Below, piece after piece: positions 8,484-17,447 of a stretch of DNA of 46,003 nt. The notes under the pieces were generated by a model, which worked only from the letters and a program-made list of their open reading frames with translations, ran no database searches and was not told where the DNA came from. The DNA lies in the IMG/VR virus record IMGVR_UViG_3300012041_000029, positions 1 through 46,003 of that record; one strand, 5' to 3'. Both the position numbers and the translations under genes were made by a program. This DNA is from a virus (taxonomy: Duplodnaviria; Caudoviricetes). How positions within the stretch are numbered: the stretch's first letter is position 1; the number at the start of each line of letters is the position of its first letter.

Positions 8484-8738
8484 ATGGAAATTAATTATGC
8501 CGTGCTTGTGTGGCTGACGTTGCTATTCCTTAGCGTGTATCGGTATATGAAGGTGGTTAATGAACTTCCGCCAAGGCGATTTTGGCATCTAAGTCTGACC
8601 ACGCCCGAGGAAGTGGCGGAACATCGGGCACGGAAGGAACTTAAGGAACGTAGGCATGAACAGCGGTATATCAGTGTCGGGTTGACTACGGGGTGTATGA
8701 TCGGGTTGGTAATCGAATTTGTCAGGTGGATTACGTGA
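8484..8738 (+). CDS. Small membrane protein (2 TM)
   Basis: Hydrophobic N- and C-terminal segments; SD AGGA. Confidence 0.55.
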   Translation: MEINYAVLVWLTLLFLSVYRYMKVVNELPPRRFWHLSLTTPEEVAEHRARKELKERRHEQRYISVGLTTGCMIGLVIEFVRWIT

Positions 8739-8746
8739 GTGGCGTC

Positions 8747-8926
8747 ATGAAACGTTTGAAAAACATAGTTGACAGCATGAGAGTTTGGATGGAGGGGCGC
8801 GGGGAACACTACACAGGAGTTAGATCAGCTAAACGCTACTTGATACATAGCTCTATTATGGTATTGGTGTATACGACTATGTTTGGGCTCTTGCATGTGG
8901 TGAATCTATATTTATGCAAGATTTGA
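8747..8926 (+). CDS. Small hydrophobic hypothetical protein
   Basis: Fills the gap before the MTase; one hydrophobic segment; start uncertain. Confidence 0.4.
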   Translation: MKRLKNIVDSMRVWMEGRGEHYTGVRSAKRYLIHSSIMVLVYTTMFGLLHVVNLYLCKI

Positions 8927-9828
8927 AACCGTTATTTCCCTATCATGGCGGAAAGTGGCGTCTTGCGCCAAAAATCGTCCCGTTGTTGCCTCCCCATATC
9001 GTCTACACTGAACCATTTTGCGGGTGTGCGGCTGTTTATTGGAAAAAGGGACGTCCAACGCACGAAATGACAAATTACCGCGAGGCTCTGAATGATCGGA
9101 ACGGTGATCTGGCGACTGTTTACTCAGTGGTCAAAGATCCAACCAAAATGCAAGCAGTAATGACACGTTTGGCGGGGGTGCCGTATTCGCGTGGTGTTTA
9201 TGAGACTGATCGACACTATCAGGAAGGGGATGACGACGTTTCGCGGACGTATCGTTTCCTGCTGCGAACGTGTATGGCCTTTTCGTCAGTTACAGGTAGT
9301 CGTCTGTCGGGGTGGGGATATGGGGCAAATGGCCCGCAATTACCTCTTGAATGGTCACGATACAAGACGCGAGTTCAGGGACTAATCGACAAATACGCGG
9401 CACGCATTGATGCGACATTTCTCGACTCAAAGGATGCGATCCCGTTTATGGAAGCGTGGGATCAGGTGGGAACGTGTCATTATGTCGATCCGCCTTACGT
9501 TGATACGTCGCAGCACGGGTATGACGGGTACACTGTGGACAACTATCGGCGACTGCTAGAATTTCTCGGCGATGCCAAGGGGTCGGTAGTGTTGTCCGGC
9601 TATCCGAATGAATACGTTTCGACATCATGGCCTTATGTGGATTTTGCGCACTCGACGTCAGCGGCTCCTGGCACTATGCGCACCGGAACGACTGAACGGA
9701 TTGAACGATTGTGGATTCTTGACCGATCAGGGGACATCACTCCTGAGATTTGGAAACGGATCAAAACGGCTTATGCTGGGTGGCGTAGTCTACCTGGCGT
9801 AAACGAACAGGCGACGTTGTTTGCCTGA
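8914..9828 (+). CDS. Dam-family (D12-class) N6-adenine DNA methyltransferase
   Basis: YHGGKWRLA, YTEPFCG (motif I), LND, YVDPPY (motif IV), VVLSGY. Target sequence unknown. Confidence 0.9.
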   Translation: MQDLKPLFPYHGGKWRLAPKIVPLLPPHIVYTEPFCGCAAVYWKKGRPTHEMTNYREALNDRNGDLATVYSVVKDPTKMQAVMTRLAGVPYSRGVYETDRHYQEGDDDVSRTYRFLLRTCMAFSSVTGSRLSGWGYGANGPQLPLEWSRYKTRVQGLIDKYAARIDATFLDSKDAIPFMEAWDQVGTCHYVDPPYVDTSQHGYDGYTVDNYRRLLEFLGDAKGSVVLSGYPNEYVSTSWPYVDFAHSTSAAPGTMRTGTTERIERLWILDRSGDITPEIWKRIKTAYAGWRSLPGVNEQATLFA

Positions 9829-9851
9829 ATAGCATGAAAAAGGAGCTTAAA

Positions 9852-10049
9852 ATGGGTGATAAACCACCATATCAACTGATTGTGCCTGACGCAGACCACA
9901 TGAAGAAAGTGGAACCGGTGTGTGCCGCATTTGTGAAATTGAATGAGGTTCTGTGTACCAACATTGATTCTGGGCGGCGCTTGTCAATTGTGCAAACGCA
10001 TTTGGAACAGGCGTATTTGATGGCTGTTCAAGCGATTACACACGTTTAG
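9852..10049 (+). CDS. Putative Acb2/Tad1-like small helical protein
   Basis: SD AAGGAG; SGRRLSIVQTHLEQAYLMAVQAIT resembles the R-x-S-LA-x-T-x-LE-x-A-x-M-W-A-x-x-AI helix of Acb2/Tad1-like proteins. Confidence 0.55.
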   Translation: MGDKPPYQLIVPDADHMKKVEPVCAAFVKLNEVLCTNIDSGRRLSIVQTHLEQAYLMAVQAITHV

Positions 10050-10069
10050 TGTCGTCACACGGATAACCT

Positions 10070-10555
10070 ATGTCATCTAACTACTGGTACTGCGGACAAT
10101 GTAGCGTACGCATTGACGGCGATAAACTGCCTGACGATGAGCGCTGCGATGATTGCACGACGTTCAATGCACGTCATGGGATGTTCGTCCGCTTGCCAGG
10201 AGTTCCAACCGAATCACAGGAAGCAAGCCGGGTTGCAAATCGGAAATGGTTAGTTGACATCACAATGGCTCGTATGCCTTGCGACGTTGAGGGCGCGAAT
10301 GTACCATTCGACACGTTTGACGTTGGTCTGTATCACGACGGGGAACAGTTGGCGGCTGGGGATTCCCCGATTATCTCATTGCAAGCGGTCAGTGCCGTCA
10401 ACAGTTGGCGCGTTTGCTATGATCTCAAGGGATCGTTTATCCGACTGCAATTTGTTTGGCGCACGCCAGAAGGTGAATGGCCTGACGAACTAATCGGCCC
10501 GTCATCATGGATGACATACATTGAATTTCTTAGTGCGGTACGGGGTGGGATATGA
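10070..10555 (+). CDS. Hypothetical protein with an N-terminal CxxC..CxxC zinc ribbon
   Basis: CGQC and CDDC. Confidence 0.6.
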   Translation: MSSNYWYCGQCSVRIDGDKLPDDERCDDCTTFNARHGMFVRLPGVPTESQEASRVANRKWLVDITMARMPCDVEGANVPFDTFDVGLYHDGEQLAAGDSPIISLQAVSAVNSWRVCYDLKGSFIRLQFVWRTPEGEWPDELIGPSSWMTYIEFLSAVRGGI

Positions 10556-10962
10556 AACCTATCCTGTTCTACGAGGGATTGCGGTTGCCGTTTGAGGGGA
10601 TGGTCGGGCGTTATCTGGTCAGGGCCTTTGATACGTCGTTGGACGAATTATATGCGTCGTTCGATATGCGGCGGATCGACTACCTTTCCAAACGCGGTGG
10701 ATGGCGTTCTCTGCGAGCATCATTATTGGCTGACAGCTATGTGCTATTTGTGGGACGTGGACCGGCAAATAAGTTTGGGTTCAATGCGCCGTATTTGCGC
10801 TGGAAGTCGCTAGGTAATGGCTCAGCGGTTATTCTTCCGCATACGTCGGGGAAATATCGATGGTATTCTGATCGGTCAAATTTGTCGCAATTTTTGGCGC
10901 TGATCGGGGCGGTTATTCATCTACTTTCGGATCAGTTGGAATTGTTTAAGGAGCTGAAATGA
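10552..10962 (+). CDS. Hypothetical protein
   Basis: ATGA-coupled on both sides. Confidence 0.55.
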   Translation: MKPILFYEGLRLPFEGMVGRYLVRAFDTSLDELYASFDMRRIDYLSKRGGWRSLRASLLADSYVLFVGRGPANKFGFNAPYLRWKSLGNGSAVILPHTSGKYRWYSDRSNLSQFLALIGAVIHLLSDQLELFKELK

Positions 10963-11765
10963 GTAGTGCAATCACAGAACGGCAGAGCCGTCTAAAAGAT
11001 TCGGTGAAAATCGAGACCATGAACCTATCGGACCTACTCGACGCGCCATACAATCCGCGCAAGATTTCCAAGGAAGCGCTCAAGGGGTTGACAAAGTCAA
11101 TGGATCGGTTCGGCAATGTTCAGCCTATCGTTTGGAATAGCCGAACTGGTTATGTAGTGTCAGGTCATCAGCGACTCAGGGTATTGCGCGAAAACGGTCA
11201 TACTGAAACGCAGGTTGTCGTCGTTGATCTCGACGAAACTGATGAAAAGGCGTTGAACGTCACGCAGAACAATCCGCAGATTATGGGTGAATTCACTAGT
11301 GAATTGGGGGACATTTTGCGTGAGTTGACGATGGTCGATTCTGATCTGTTCAAGGATTTGAGGCTGGATGCACTGGCGTTGGATTTAGACATTGGATTGA
11401 GGGGTGACGGGAATAATGAATTAATGCGTGACGAGGGTGGGATGCTGAATGATGCGTTTGTTGTTCCGCCATTCTCTGTTTTGGATTGTCAACAGGGTTA
11501 TTGGCGTGATCGAAAAGACAAGTGGTTGTCGCTGGGCATTATGAGTGAGGTTGGGCGTGGTGAAAAGACATTCGGCAGCAGTTCGCCTGGGGGGGGGATT
11601 CGCCCGTCATGGAAAACGGTTCGTGACCCGGTAACGGGTAGAAGACGTGTTTTGCCTGGTGATGGGCACGGTCTCCCGATGGCGTCATTGGACCCGGAAA
11701 CGGGTCAACAGGTTTGGGATGAAGGCGTTGGCAAAGAATCCCGCCGAAAGGCACCGCAAGTTTAG
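10959..11765 (+). CDS. ParB/Srx N-terminal domain protein carrying the N-terminal segment of a DNA methyltransferase
   Basis: YNPRKI, QPIVWN, VVSGHQRL (ParB-like), then FVVPPFSVLD...W..RK..W..LGI.SEVGR, which usually precedes GTSIFDP in phage ParB-MTases. In-frame G9 tract at 11589-11597. Confidence 0.8.
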   Translation: MSSAITERQSRLKDSVKIETMNLSDLLDAPYNPRKISKEALKGLTKSMDRFGNVQPIVWNSRTGYVVSGHQRLRVLRENGHTETQVVVVDLDETDEKALNVTQNNPQIMGEFTSELGDILRELTMVDSDLFKDLRLDALALDLDIGLRGDGNNELMRDEGGMLNDAFVVPPFSVLDCQQGYWRDRKDKWLSLGIMSEVGRGEKTFGSSSPGGGIRPSWKTVRDPVTGRRRVLPGDGHGLPMASLDPETGQQVWDEGVGKESRRKAPQV

Positions 11766-11782
11766 TGTCAATATGTGGGCAA

Positions 11783-11801
11783 TGTTGTTATTATGTGTAC
11801 A
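11783..11801 (+). promoter_or_regulatory. Conserved phage promoter copy 3 (weak -35)
   Basis: TGTTGTTATTATgTGTACA with one base fewer than the other copies; the -35 element is only GTGTCA. Confidence 0.6.
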
Positions 11802-11820
11802 GTGATAATCAGGGAACAAC

Positions 11821-12063
11821 ATGGAAACTAAGCTCAGCAAATTGGTTGATCTAATGACCACTGGCAAGTGGGATGCGGCGCTATCAATGGCGTCAAAATT
11901 CCCGCGTCTTGGCGAACACGCTGACGACATTACACGCGGCGATGCGGCAATCAAAAATCGACGATTCTATACTCAAATTGGACAAAACCCCGATGAATTG
12001 CGCAGCGCAGGTATCGCGGCGCTGAAAAAGCGTTACGCTAAGACCCTTGCAACCGCATTGTAA
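11821..12063 (+). CDS. Hypothetical protein inserted, with its own promoter, in the ParB-MTase locus
   Basis: Leader GGGAACAAC-ATG; follows promoter copy 3. Confidence 0.7.
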   Translation: METKLSKLVDLMTTGKWDAALSMASKFPRLGEHADDITRGDAAIKNRRFYTQIGQNPDELRSAGIAALKKRYAKTLATAL

Positions 12064-12084
12064 TCATTCGCTTAGGGAGCCATT

Positions 12085-12906
12085 ATGGCGCAGAACTCAG
12101 GTAGACTGACGTATATGAAAGGCGAGCGGACACCGACCGATGTTGTATCGCGTTCTATGCTAAGTAAGGCTGCTGGCACGTCAATTTTTGACCCTGTTCT
12201 GTGCGAGTTGGTGTATCGTTGGTTTGCTGGACCAAATTCAGTCGTTCTTGACCCGTTTGCGGGCGGTTCTGTTCGCGGTGTTGTTGCGGCGGCTCTGGGG
12301 CGGAAGTATGTTGGCATCGACATTGCCGAAAATCAGATTTTGGCTAATCGTGCTCAGTGGGACGGAATTGGGCCGAAATTGCGCAAGGGTGTGATCGAGG
12401 GGGGGTTAGTTCGCGTCAAGGTATCGGCTAAGTCGGCGCGTCAGGCATTCAATGGGTGTGAACCGGATTACATACGCGATGTGTGTCATGCAGCGTGTTG
12501 TAAATCGTCTACTGCGCCAACCGGAACAATCATTTCGATACATCCAACGGAAGAGGCTAAAATTAGAGCACGCGGCGGGGAAATTAAGGATGGTTTGTTG
12601 TTGCCTTTGGCGGGGGAGCGAATGTGTCAGTTCGAGGGGAAGGAATCACACTTGTGTGGGTTACACGGTTCTGATGACAAACCTTTTGGATGCATAGCAT
12701 CGCCGTTCACACTGAACAAAAACAACACGTTGATCGTTCGTAACCGTTATCGGTTACTGAAATGCTACAATGATGGGCCCAAAATTCCAGCATACAAAGC
12801 ATTTCGCACGTCTCTTAACATGCTGTTTGGGAGCGATGAATCACAGCGAATTTGCGATCACTTAGAGGGGGGGGGGTGGAGATTTGGATGCATGGATGCC
12901 GATTGA
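12085..12906 (+). CDS. DNA methyltransferase, SAM-binding half plus Cys-rich insertion; ends in a G10 frameshift
   Basis: GTSIFDPVLCELVYRWF and VLDPFAGGSVRG (motif I); insertion C-x8-C-x3-CC...C...C..H...KP.GC..PF. Confidence 0.8.
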   Translation: MAQNSGRLTYMKGERTPTDVVSRSMLSKAAGTSIFDPVLCELVYRWFAGPNSVVLDPFAGGSVRGVVAAALGRKYVGIDIAENQILANRAQWDGIGPKLRKGVIEGGLVRVKVSAKSARQAFNGCEPDYIRDVCHAACCKSSTAPTGTIISIHPTEEAKIRARGGEIKDGLLLPLAGERMCQFEGKESHLCGLHGSDDKPFGCIASPFTLNKNNTLIVRNRYRLLKCYNDGPKIPAYKAFRTSLNMLFGSDESQRICDHLEGGGWRFGCMDAD

Positions 12907-13540
12907 CTCCCACCGGAAAGTGGTTGATAATGACGCAATTAAGGCGGGACGACAGGTCAATATTGAACGTTTTGATGCTGTTGACCCGACTTGGATTGTA
13001 GGGGATTCACGGGACGTTAAGACACTAGCCGGGTCTGATTTCCGTGCTGATTTATTGTTCTCCTGTCCGCCATACGGCAATCTTGAGGTCTATTCAGACG
13101 ATCCGCGTGACATATCGAATATGTCGTATGCGGATTTCATGGGGGCATACCGGACAATAATTCAGGAATCAGTTGACCTATTGAATGACAACCGTTTTGC
13201 GGTGTTCGTGGTCGGGGATTTGAGGGACAAGCAAGGGTACTATTGCAATTTTGTCGGCGACACTGTTCGGGCGTTTCAGGATGCGGGCCTGCGTTTGTAC
13301 AATGAGGCGATTTTCCTGAACAATATCTCGGGGTTGCCATTACGAACACGGGGGCAATTCCTATCGGGGCGGAAACTAGGGAAACGCCATCAGAATGTGC
13401 TTGTATTCGTTAAGGGCAATTGGAAACAGGCTGTCGAATGGTGTGGGGACATTCAGATTTCATTACCTGATGGGATGGTGGTCGATGATGAATCAATGGA
13501 TGATGTTCAAGACGAACCATCGGAGGGATCGGGCGACTAG
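12884..13540 (+). CDS. DNA methyltransferase, catalytic half (in +1 frame to the upstream half)
   Basis: GDSRD, FSCPPYGNLEVYSDDPRDISNM (motif IV), RKLGKRHQNVLVFVKG. Removing one G from the G10 tract (12867-12876) fuses it to 12085. Confidence 0.85.
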   Translation: MDAWMPIDSHRKVVDNDAIKAGRQVNIERFDAVDPTWIVGDSRDVKTLAGSDFRADLLFSCPPYGNLEVYSDDPRDISNMSYADFMGAYRTIIQESVDLLNDNRFAVFVVGDLRDKQGYYCNFVGDTVRAFQDAGLRLYNEAIFLNNISGLPLRTRGQFLSGRKLGKRHQNVLVFVKGNWKQAVEWCGDIQISLPDGMVVDDESMDDVQDEPSEGSGD

Positions 13541-13567
13541 GTGCAAGCCGGGTTGCTTCTACTGCCA

Positions 13568-15229
13568 ATGCTTGACGACATACGCGCTATTGAGGCTGAA
13601 TACGTTGGCGCATGGAACGACTTAATGCTCCGCGAGGGGGATCTATCAGCATGGGCGGGGGACAATGCCACCCGTAAGGCCAAAGTGAAACAGGTGTTCG
13701 GGGAGGTATTTGGAAAACTCCGTGAATTATCTAAGGCTGGGTCACACGTTGGGTTTGCATTGACCTGTATGGGGGTTATGGCTGGGGAGCACCAAATCCG
13801 TTGGCGCTATCATGCTGATCGGAGGCGTGTGTTGATGTTAGGTCCACGGGACCACGGCAAAACGATGGTAATGGCTCAATGGTTGCCGCTCGAGGAGGTG
13901 GCGCGGAACAATAAAATCCGAATTCTGCTTGTGCGCAAAACCCAAGACGCGGCGCGTAAGACGTTGGGTGCGGTCAAGAAAATCATTGAGGAAGGACGCG
14001 AATTTCGGGCACAATTTGGCGATTTGAAAGGGGAGAAATGGACGCAAACGCAAATCTATGTGCGCGGCGCGTCATCGATTGATCCAACGATTGAGGCGAT
14101 TGGTATCGGCGGCGCAATTACAGGAAACCGCGCTGATCTGATCATCTGCGACGACGTGATTGACCCAATCAATGCCGAATCTGAGTCGCAGCGGCGCAAG
14201 CATTGGGATTGGTTTCGCGGTACGCTCTTGGAATTGCTTGATCCTGACGGTCGTTGCGTTGTGATTGGCACACGTAAGCACCACTACGATTTGTACGGGT
14301 CGCTGATGTCGGACGACAAGTCGTTTTTCGTTGTTCACGACAGGGCCATCGATATAGACGACGTGTCGAAAATTCCCCATGAGATTGAATACGAACTGAT
14401 CGAAGGGCAAAGTGTCGCTGTTAGTGTGACGGTGCAAACACCTGACCCACCTGCTGTCCTATGGGGCGAGCGTTGGCCGTTGGAAAAACTATTGCTCAAA
14501 CGTGCGTCAGTGGGGGCTCAATTGTTCAATCGCGAGAACCAAAATGAGGTAGTTGACGACGATACAGCACTGTTCAAAATGGCTGTCCTTGAGGCGTGCG
14601 CCGATCCACGGTTGTCGTATTTGGGCAGTGATGTTGGCGGTAAAGTGCCCTATGAGGTCATTCGTGGGCGTTTCGTAGCTGTTGTGCAATCATGGGATCT
14701 TTCCGCTGTGACCAAAAAGGCGGATGCGGAAAAGGCTGATTCCAACTGGACTGTATGCTATACGGTTGGCGTTGACGAACAGGGGAAGCGGTGGGTTCTG
14801 AATGTGATTCGCGAACGCGGTATGCGTTACCTGGCGATGAAACAGTTGATCATGCAACAATACGAGCTGTATTTGCCGTCAGCGGTCATAGTTGAGGCGA
14901 ACGTGTTTCAGAACGTGTTCGTTTCGGCACTAATGGATGAGACAGGTATGCCAATCATTCCGCACACGACAGACGCCAGCAAGTCGTCACCGTATACCGG
15001 AATTCCGGCTATGTCTGTGCAATTTGAGAATAGACATTACGCCTTCCCCAGCCGAACTGATCACGATAAGTATTTGACGGGTCAGATTTTCTCGGAATTC
15101 CAGGGGTTCGGCGTGTCACGTCACGACGATCTGGTGATGGCCTTATGGTTCGTCGAGGCTGTTGTCCCGGCTATGCTGTCGAAGTCGGCGCGGGCGAAAT
15201 TCCGCAAGTCAGGGGCATTGGAATTTTAG
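13568..15229 (+). CDS. terL: Terminase large subunit
   Basis: Walker A GPRDHGKT, ITGNRADLIICDD (Walker B), IGTR (motif III), SWDLS and HDDLVMA nuclease aspartates. Start is either GTG 13541 or ATG 13568. Confidence 0.92.
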   Translation: MLDDIRAIEAEYVGAWNDLMLREGDLSAWAGDNATRKAKVKQVFGEVFGKLRELSKAGSHVGFALTCMGVMAGEHQIRWRYHADRRRVLMLGPRDHGKTMVMAQWLPLEEVARNNKIRILLVRKTQDAARKTLGAVKKIIEEGREFRAQFGDLKGEKWTQTQIYVRGASSIDPTIEAIGIGGAITGNRADLIICDDVIDPINAESESQRRKHWDWFRGTLLELLDPDGRCVVIGTRKHHYDLYGSLMSDDKSFFVVHDRAIDIDDVSKIPHEIEYELIEGQSVAVSVTVQTPDPPAVLWGERWPLEKLLLKRASVGAQLFNRENQNEVVDDDTALFKMAVLEACADPRLSYLGSDVGGKVPYEVIRGRFVAVVQSWDLSAVTKKADAEKADSNWTVCYTVGVDEQGKRWVLNVIRERGMRYLAMKQLIMQQYELYLPSAVIVEANVFQNVFVSALMDETGMPIIPHTTDASKSSPYTGIPAMSVQFENRHYAFPSRTDHDKYLTGQIFSEFQGFGVSRHDDLVMALWFVEAVVPAMLSKSARAKFRKSGALEF

Positions 15230-15429
15230 CCTCAAGCATTTTGATCGCGTGCCGATTAATCGGGAACGTTGCGGGCGAACGCAGCGAACGAGGTACAAAA
15301 TGAAACGATATGACTATGCGATCCGTAAGGGTCAAGCGCATTTTAGCGACGCTATTGTCGCTGAGGGCCTATTGAATGGCCCGCTCTCCGATATGATCGG
15401 GGATACCAAACCGAAACTGGAGCACAAAA

Positions 15430-16398
15430 ATGGATCAGACAGAAACGAATCAGGAAAGGATCGAGACGCATGTTGCGCTGTCCCTATTCCATTGCGACGA
15501 CAAGGGCGTGTTGCGTCTGCTGATGGCAAAGCGGACGTTTGATCGTCGTCTATTCCCTGGACTGTGGGAGTGCGGGGGTGGCAAGGTCAAACAGAACGAA
15601 ACGTTTGAGCAAGCCGCCCTCCGCGAACTATCCGAGGAATTCGGGGTGGGTTTCATGAATGTTGAAATCTTGCCCTTTGTGTGGACGTATTCTCTGACTG
15701 ATAGCGGTCGAACAATACCTGGGGTCATTATCCCGATGCTCGCCAAAAATGACGTGGTTCAGCGTCTTGTGATGAATCATCCGTTGCCGGAACATTCTGA
15801 GGTGGGTTGGTTCACACAAGCCGAAATGCGCGAGAAGGGCGACATCGATCTCATGCGACATATTGATGATCAGGATGGGGATCGGAGTATTGTTTCGATT
15901 GATCGGCGTGAGATAATTTTCGATGCTGTCAGGGGTTATTGTCTCGTTGAGAGGATTATACCTGTTAAGTACAGCATTAGGGAAATGTTTGAGGAAAGAA
16001 AGGCTCCGGTGGTGCGTGACGCATTATCTGTCGCACCTGTTGCATTCCAAACAACAACTGATGACGCCGTGCAATATGTTGAAGGGAGATTCCCGGCAAC
16101 CGTGGCAGAATTCCGCAAGATTCAGGACGAGCAATTCAGATTATTTTGTCTAAAACAGCGACGATATGGCCCGGGTAACATCGCTGTCGGACAAGATCCG
16201 AGCACGCCAGAGGGGCAATATGCGGCGTCTGTGGCGTTATCGGTTCGTATGAATGACAAAACCAACAGGCTGGTCAACATGATGGTCGTGATGCGCGGCG
16301 AAGACGCTCCAGATGAAACACTGGACGACACCTTCATGGATTTATCAGTATATGGCGTAATCGCGCAGTTAGTTCGGCGCGGAAAGTGGGGTCGATAA
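15430..16398 (+). CDS. Nudix hydrolase fused to a DUF1599-like domain
   Basis: Nudix box GGKVKQNETFEQAALRELSEEFG; C-terminal KQRRYG...VRMNDKTNRL...ETLDDTFMDLSVYGVIA. Confidence 0.8.
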   Translation: MDQTETNQERIETHVALSLFHCDDKGVLRLLMAKRTFDRRLFPGLWECGGGKVKQNETFEQAALRELSEEFGVGFMNVEILPFVWTYSLTDSGRTIPGVIIPMLAKNDVVQRLVMNHPLPEHSEVGWFTQAEMREKGDIDLMRHIDDQDGDRSIVSIDRREIIFDAVRGYCLVERIIPVKYSIREMFEERKAPVVRDALSVAPVAFQTTTDDAVQYVEGRFPATVAEFRKIQDEQFRLFCLKQRRYGPGNIAVGQDPSTPEGQYAASVALSVRMNDKTNRLVNMMVVMRGEDAPDETLDDTFMDLSVYGVIAQLVRRGKWGR

Positions 16399-16733
16399 TG
16401 CGGTTCAGACATCCTGGCATGATGTTTGCCTTGTCTAATATCTTGTTAAGTGGCGAAATCCCTGATTGGGGACCGCACCCCAGAGGCCGTTCGAGAGACC
16501 CAGCGATTATGCCTGTTGATATGCTGAACTGTGATGATCGCGGCGACTGGATCATTCATGTTCGTGCTGTGGGCGACAAGGGTTATCAGAAGGTCCGTCT
16601 GTATGGTTTCACCCGCGATCAGGCCAAGGAACGATTAGATGCAATGTTCCCCAAAGGGCTGAAAAGCGTTCGATATAAATTCAAACACGACCCGGATTTG
16701 TCCCCTAAACCCGAGGATATTATTGAGGAATAG
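16398..16733 (+). CDS. Hypothetical protein
   Basis: TAATG coupling. Confidence 0.55.
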   Translation: MRFRHPGMMFALSNILLSGEIPDWGPHPRGRSRDPAIMPVDMLNCDDRGDWIIHVRAVGDKGYQKVRLYGFTRDQAKERLDAMFPKGLKSVRYKFKHDPDLSPKPEDIIEE

Positions 16734-17027
16734 ATGGCGAATATCATCATACCAAAGACGCCTGAAAAGGACGTGAAAGCGGTCAGATTAGGGTATTCCG
16801 GGGAGGGGTTGGAACAACCTATGTTTCTATACCCTCCTGGAAACGTTGTTTCGACCAAAGGCGAGGTGCCCTGTTGGGAGGGCAAAGTCGGGAGCCGCGA
16901 GACAGGTACAATCAATGGCCTGGGGGAGGTCATTTCCGGCCCTGATGAAACGGGCCGTTACGAAGTGCTGATCAAAGGGTGTCGGGTATGGGTCTTCCAC
17001 AAGGACATGGTTTTCAAGGGTCGCTAG
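16734..17027 (+). CDS. Hypothetical protein
   Basis: SD GAGG; abuts the upstream stop. Confidence 0.55.
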   Translation: MANIIIPKTPEKDVKAVRLGYSGEGLEQPMFLYPPGNVVSTKGEVPCWEGKVGSRETGTINGLGEVISGPDETGRYEVLIKGCRVWVFHKDMVFKGR

Positions 17028-17356
17028 GGAATTTACTAGACCCGATCACGTTGGCCGAAATAGTTGCGTCCCGTCCATTCAGCAGCGAATGGAAGGACGA
17101 CGACGGGAACCGTTACGAGTGGGTGTTAGAATCCACCACAAAAGGGTTCGCACTGCGGTTCGTCACGACTGACGCGGACGATACAGCGGACAGGATTGTT
17201 GACGCGACGGCGCGTGATCTGAATGATCTGCTGGCGTGGATGAATCGCGAAAATCTGCTAGAGCCTAATCACACGTTGCCAGAGGGGTCTGGTGGCAATG
17301 CCGACAACGTGCGGTCACGGGCGGTCGAATATTTTGATCCTGACGACGACGAATAA
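16979..17356 (+). CDS. Hypothetical acidic protein (start uncertain)
   Basis: Only long ORF before promoter copy 4. Confidence 0.45.
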   Translation: MSGMGLPQGHGFQGSLGNLLDPITLAEIVASRPFSSEWKDDDGNRYEWVLESTTKGFALRFVTTDADDTADRIVDATARDLNDLLAWMNRENLLEPNHTLPEGSGGNADNVRSRAVEYFDPDDDE

Positions 17357-17379
17357 ATCGTAACTTTTCCTCAAAACGC

Positions 17380-17416
17380 TTGACGTAATTGACTAGTGTT
17401 GTTATTATAATGTACA
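17380..17416 (+). promoter_or_regulatory. Conserved phage promoter copy 4
   Basis: TTGACG-17-TATTAT-aaTGTACA, followed by the hairpin GGATCAC-GATA-GTGATCC. Confidence 0.85.
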
Positions 17417-17447
17417 TAGGGATCACGATAGTGATCCAGAGGACAAC

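Noticed and set aside
12400-12880. Intein in the methyltransferase (also checked terL, primase and portal)
   Set aside because: No C/S-start...HN-end splicing motifs or LAGLIDADG blocks were seen.
15162-15542. 126-aa ORF (or 80 aa from ATG 15300 with a GAGG SD)
   Set aside because: It overlaps the Nudix gene by more than 110 nt and has no motif. It may be real but cannot be supported from the sequence.
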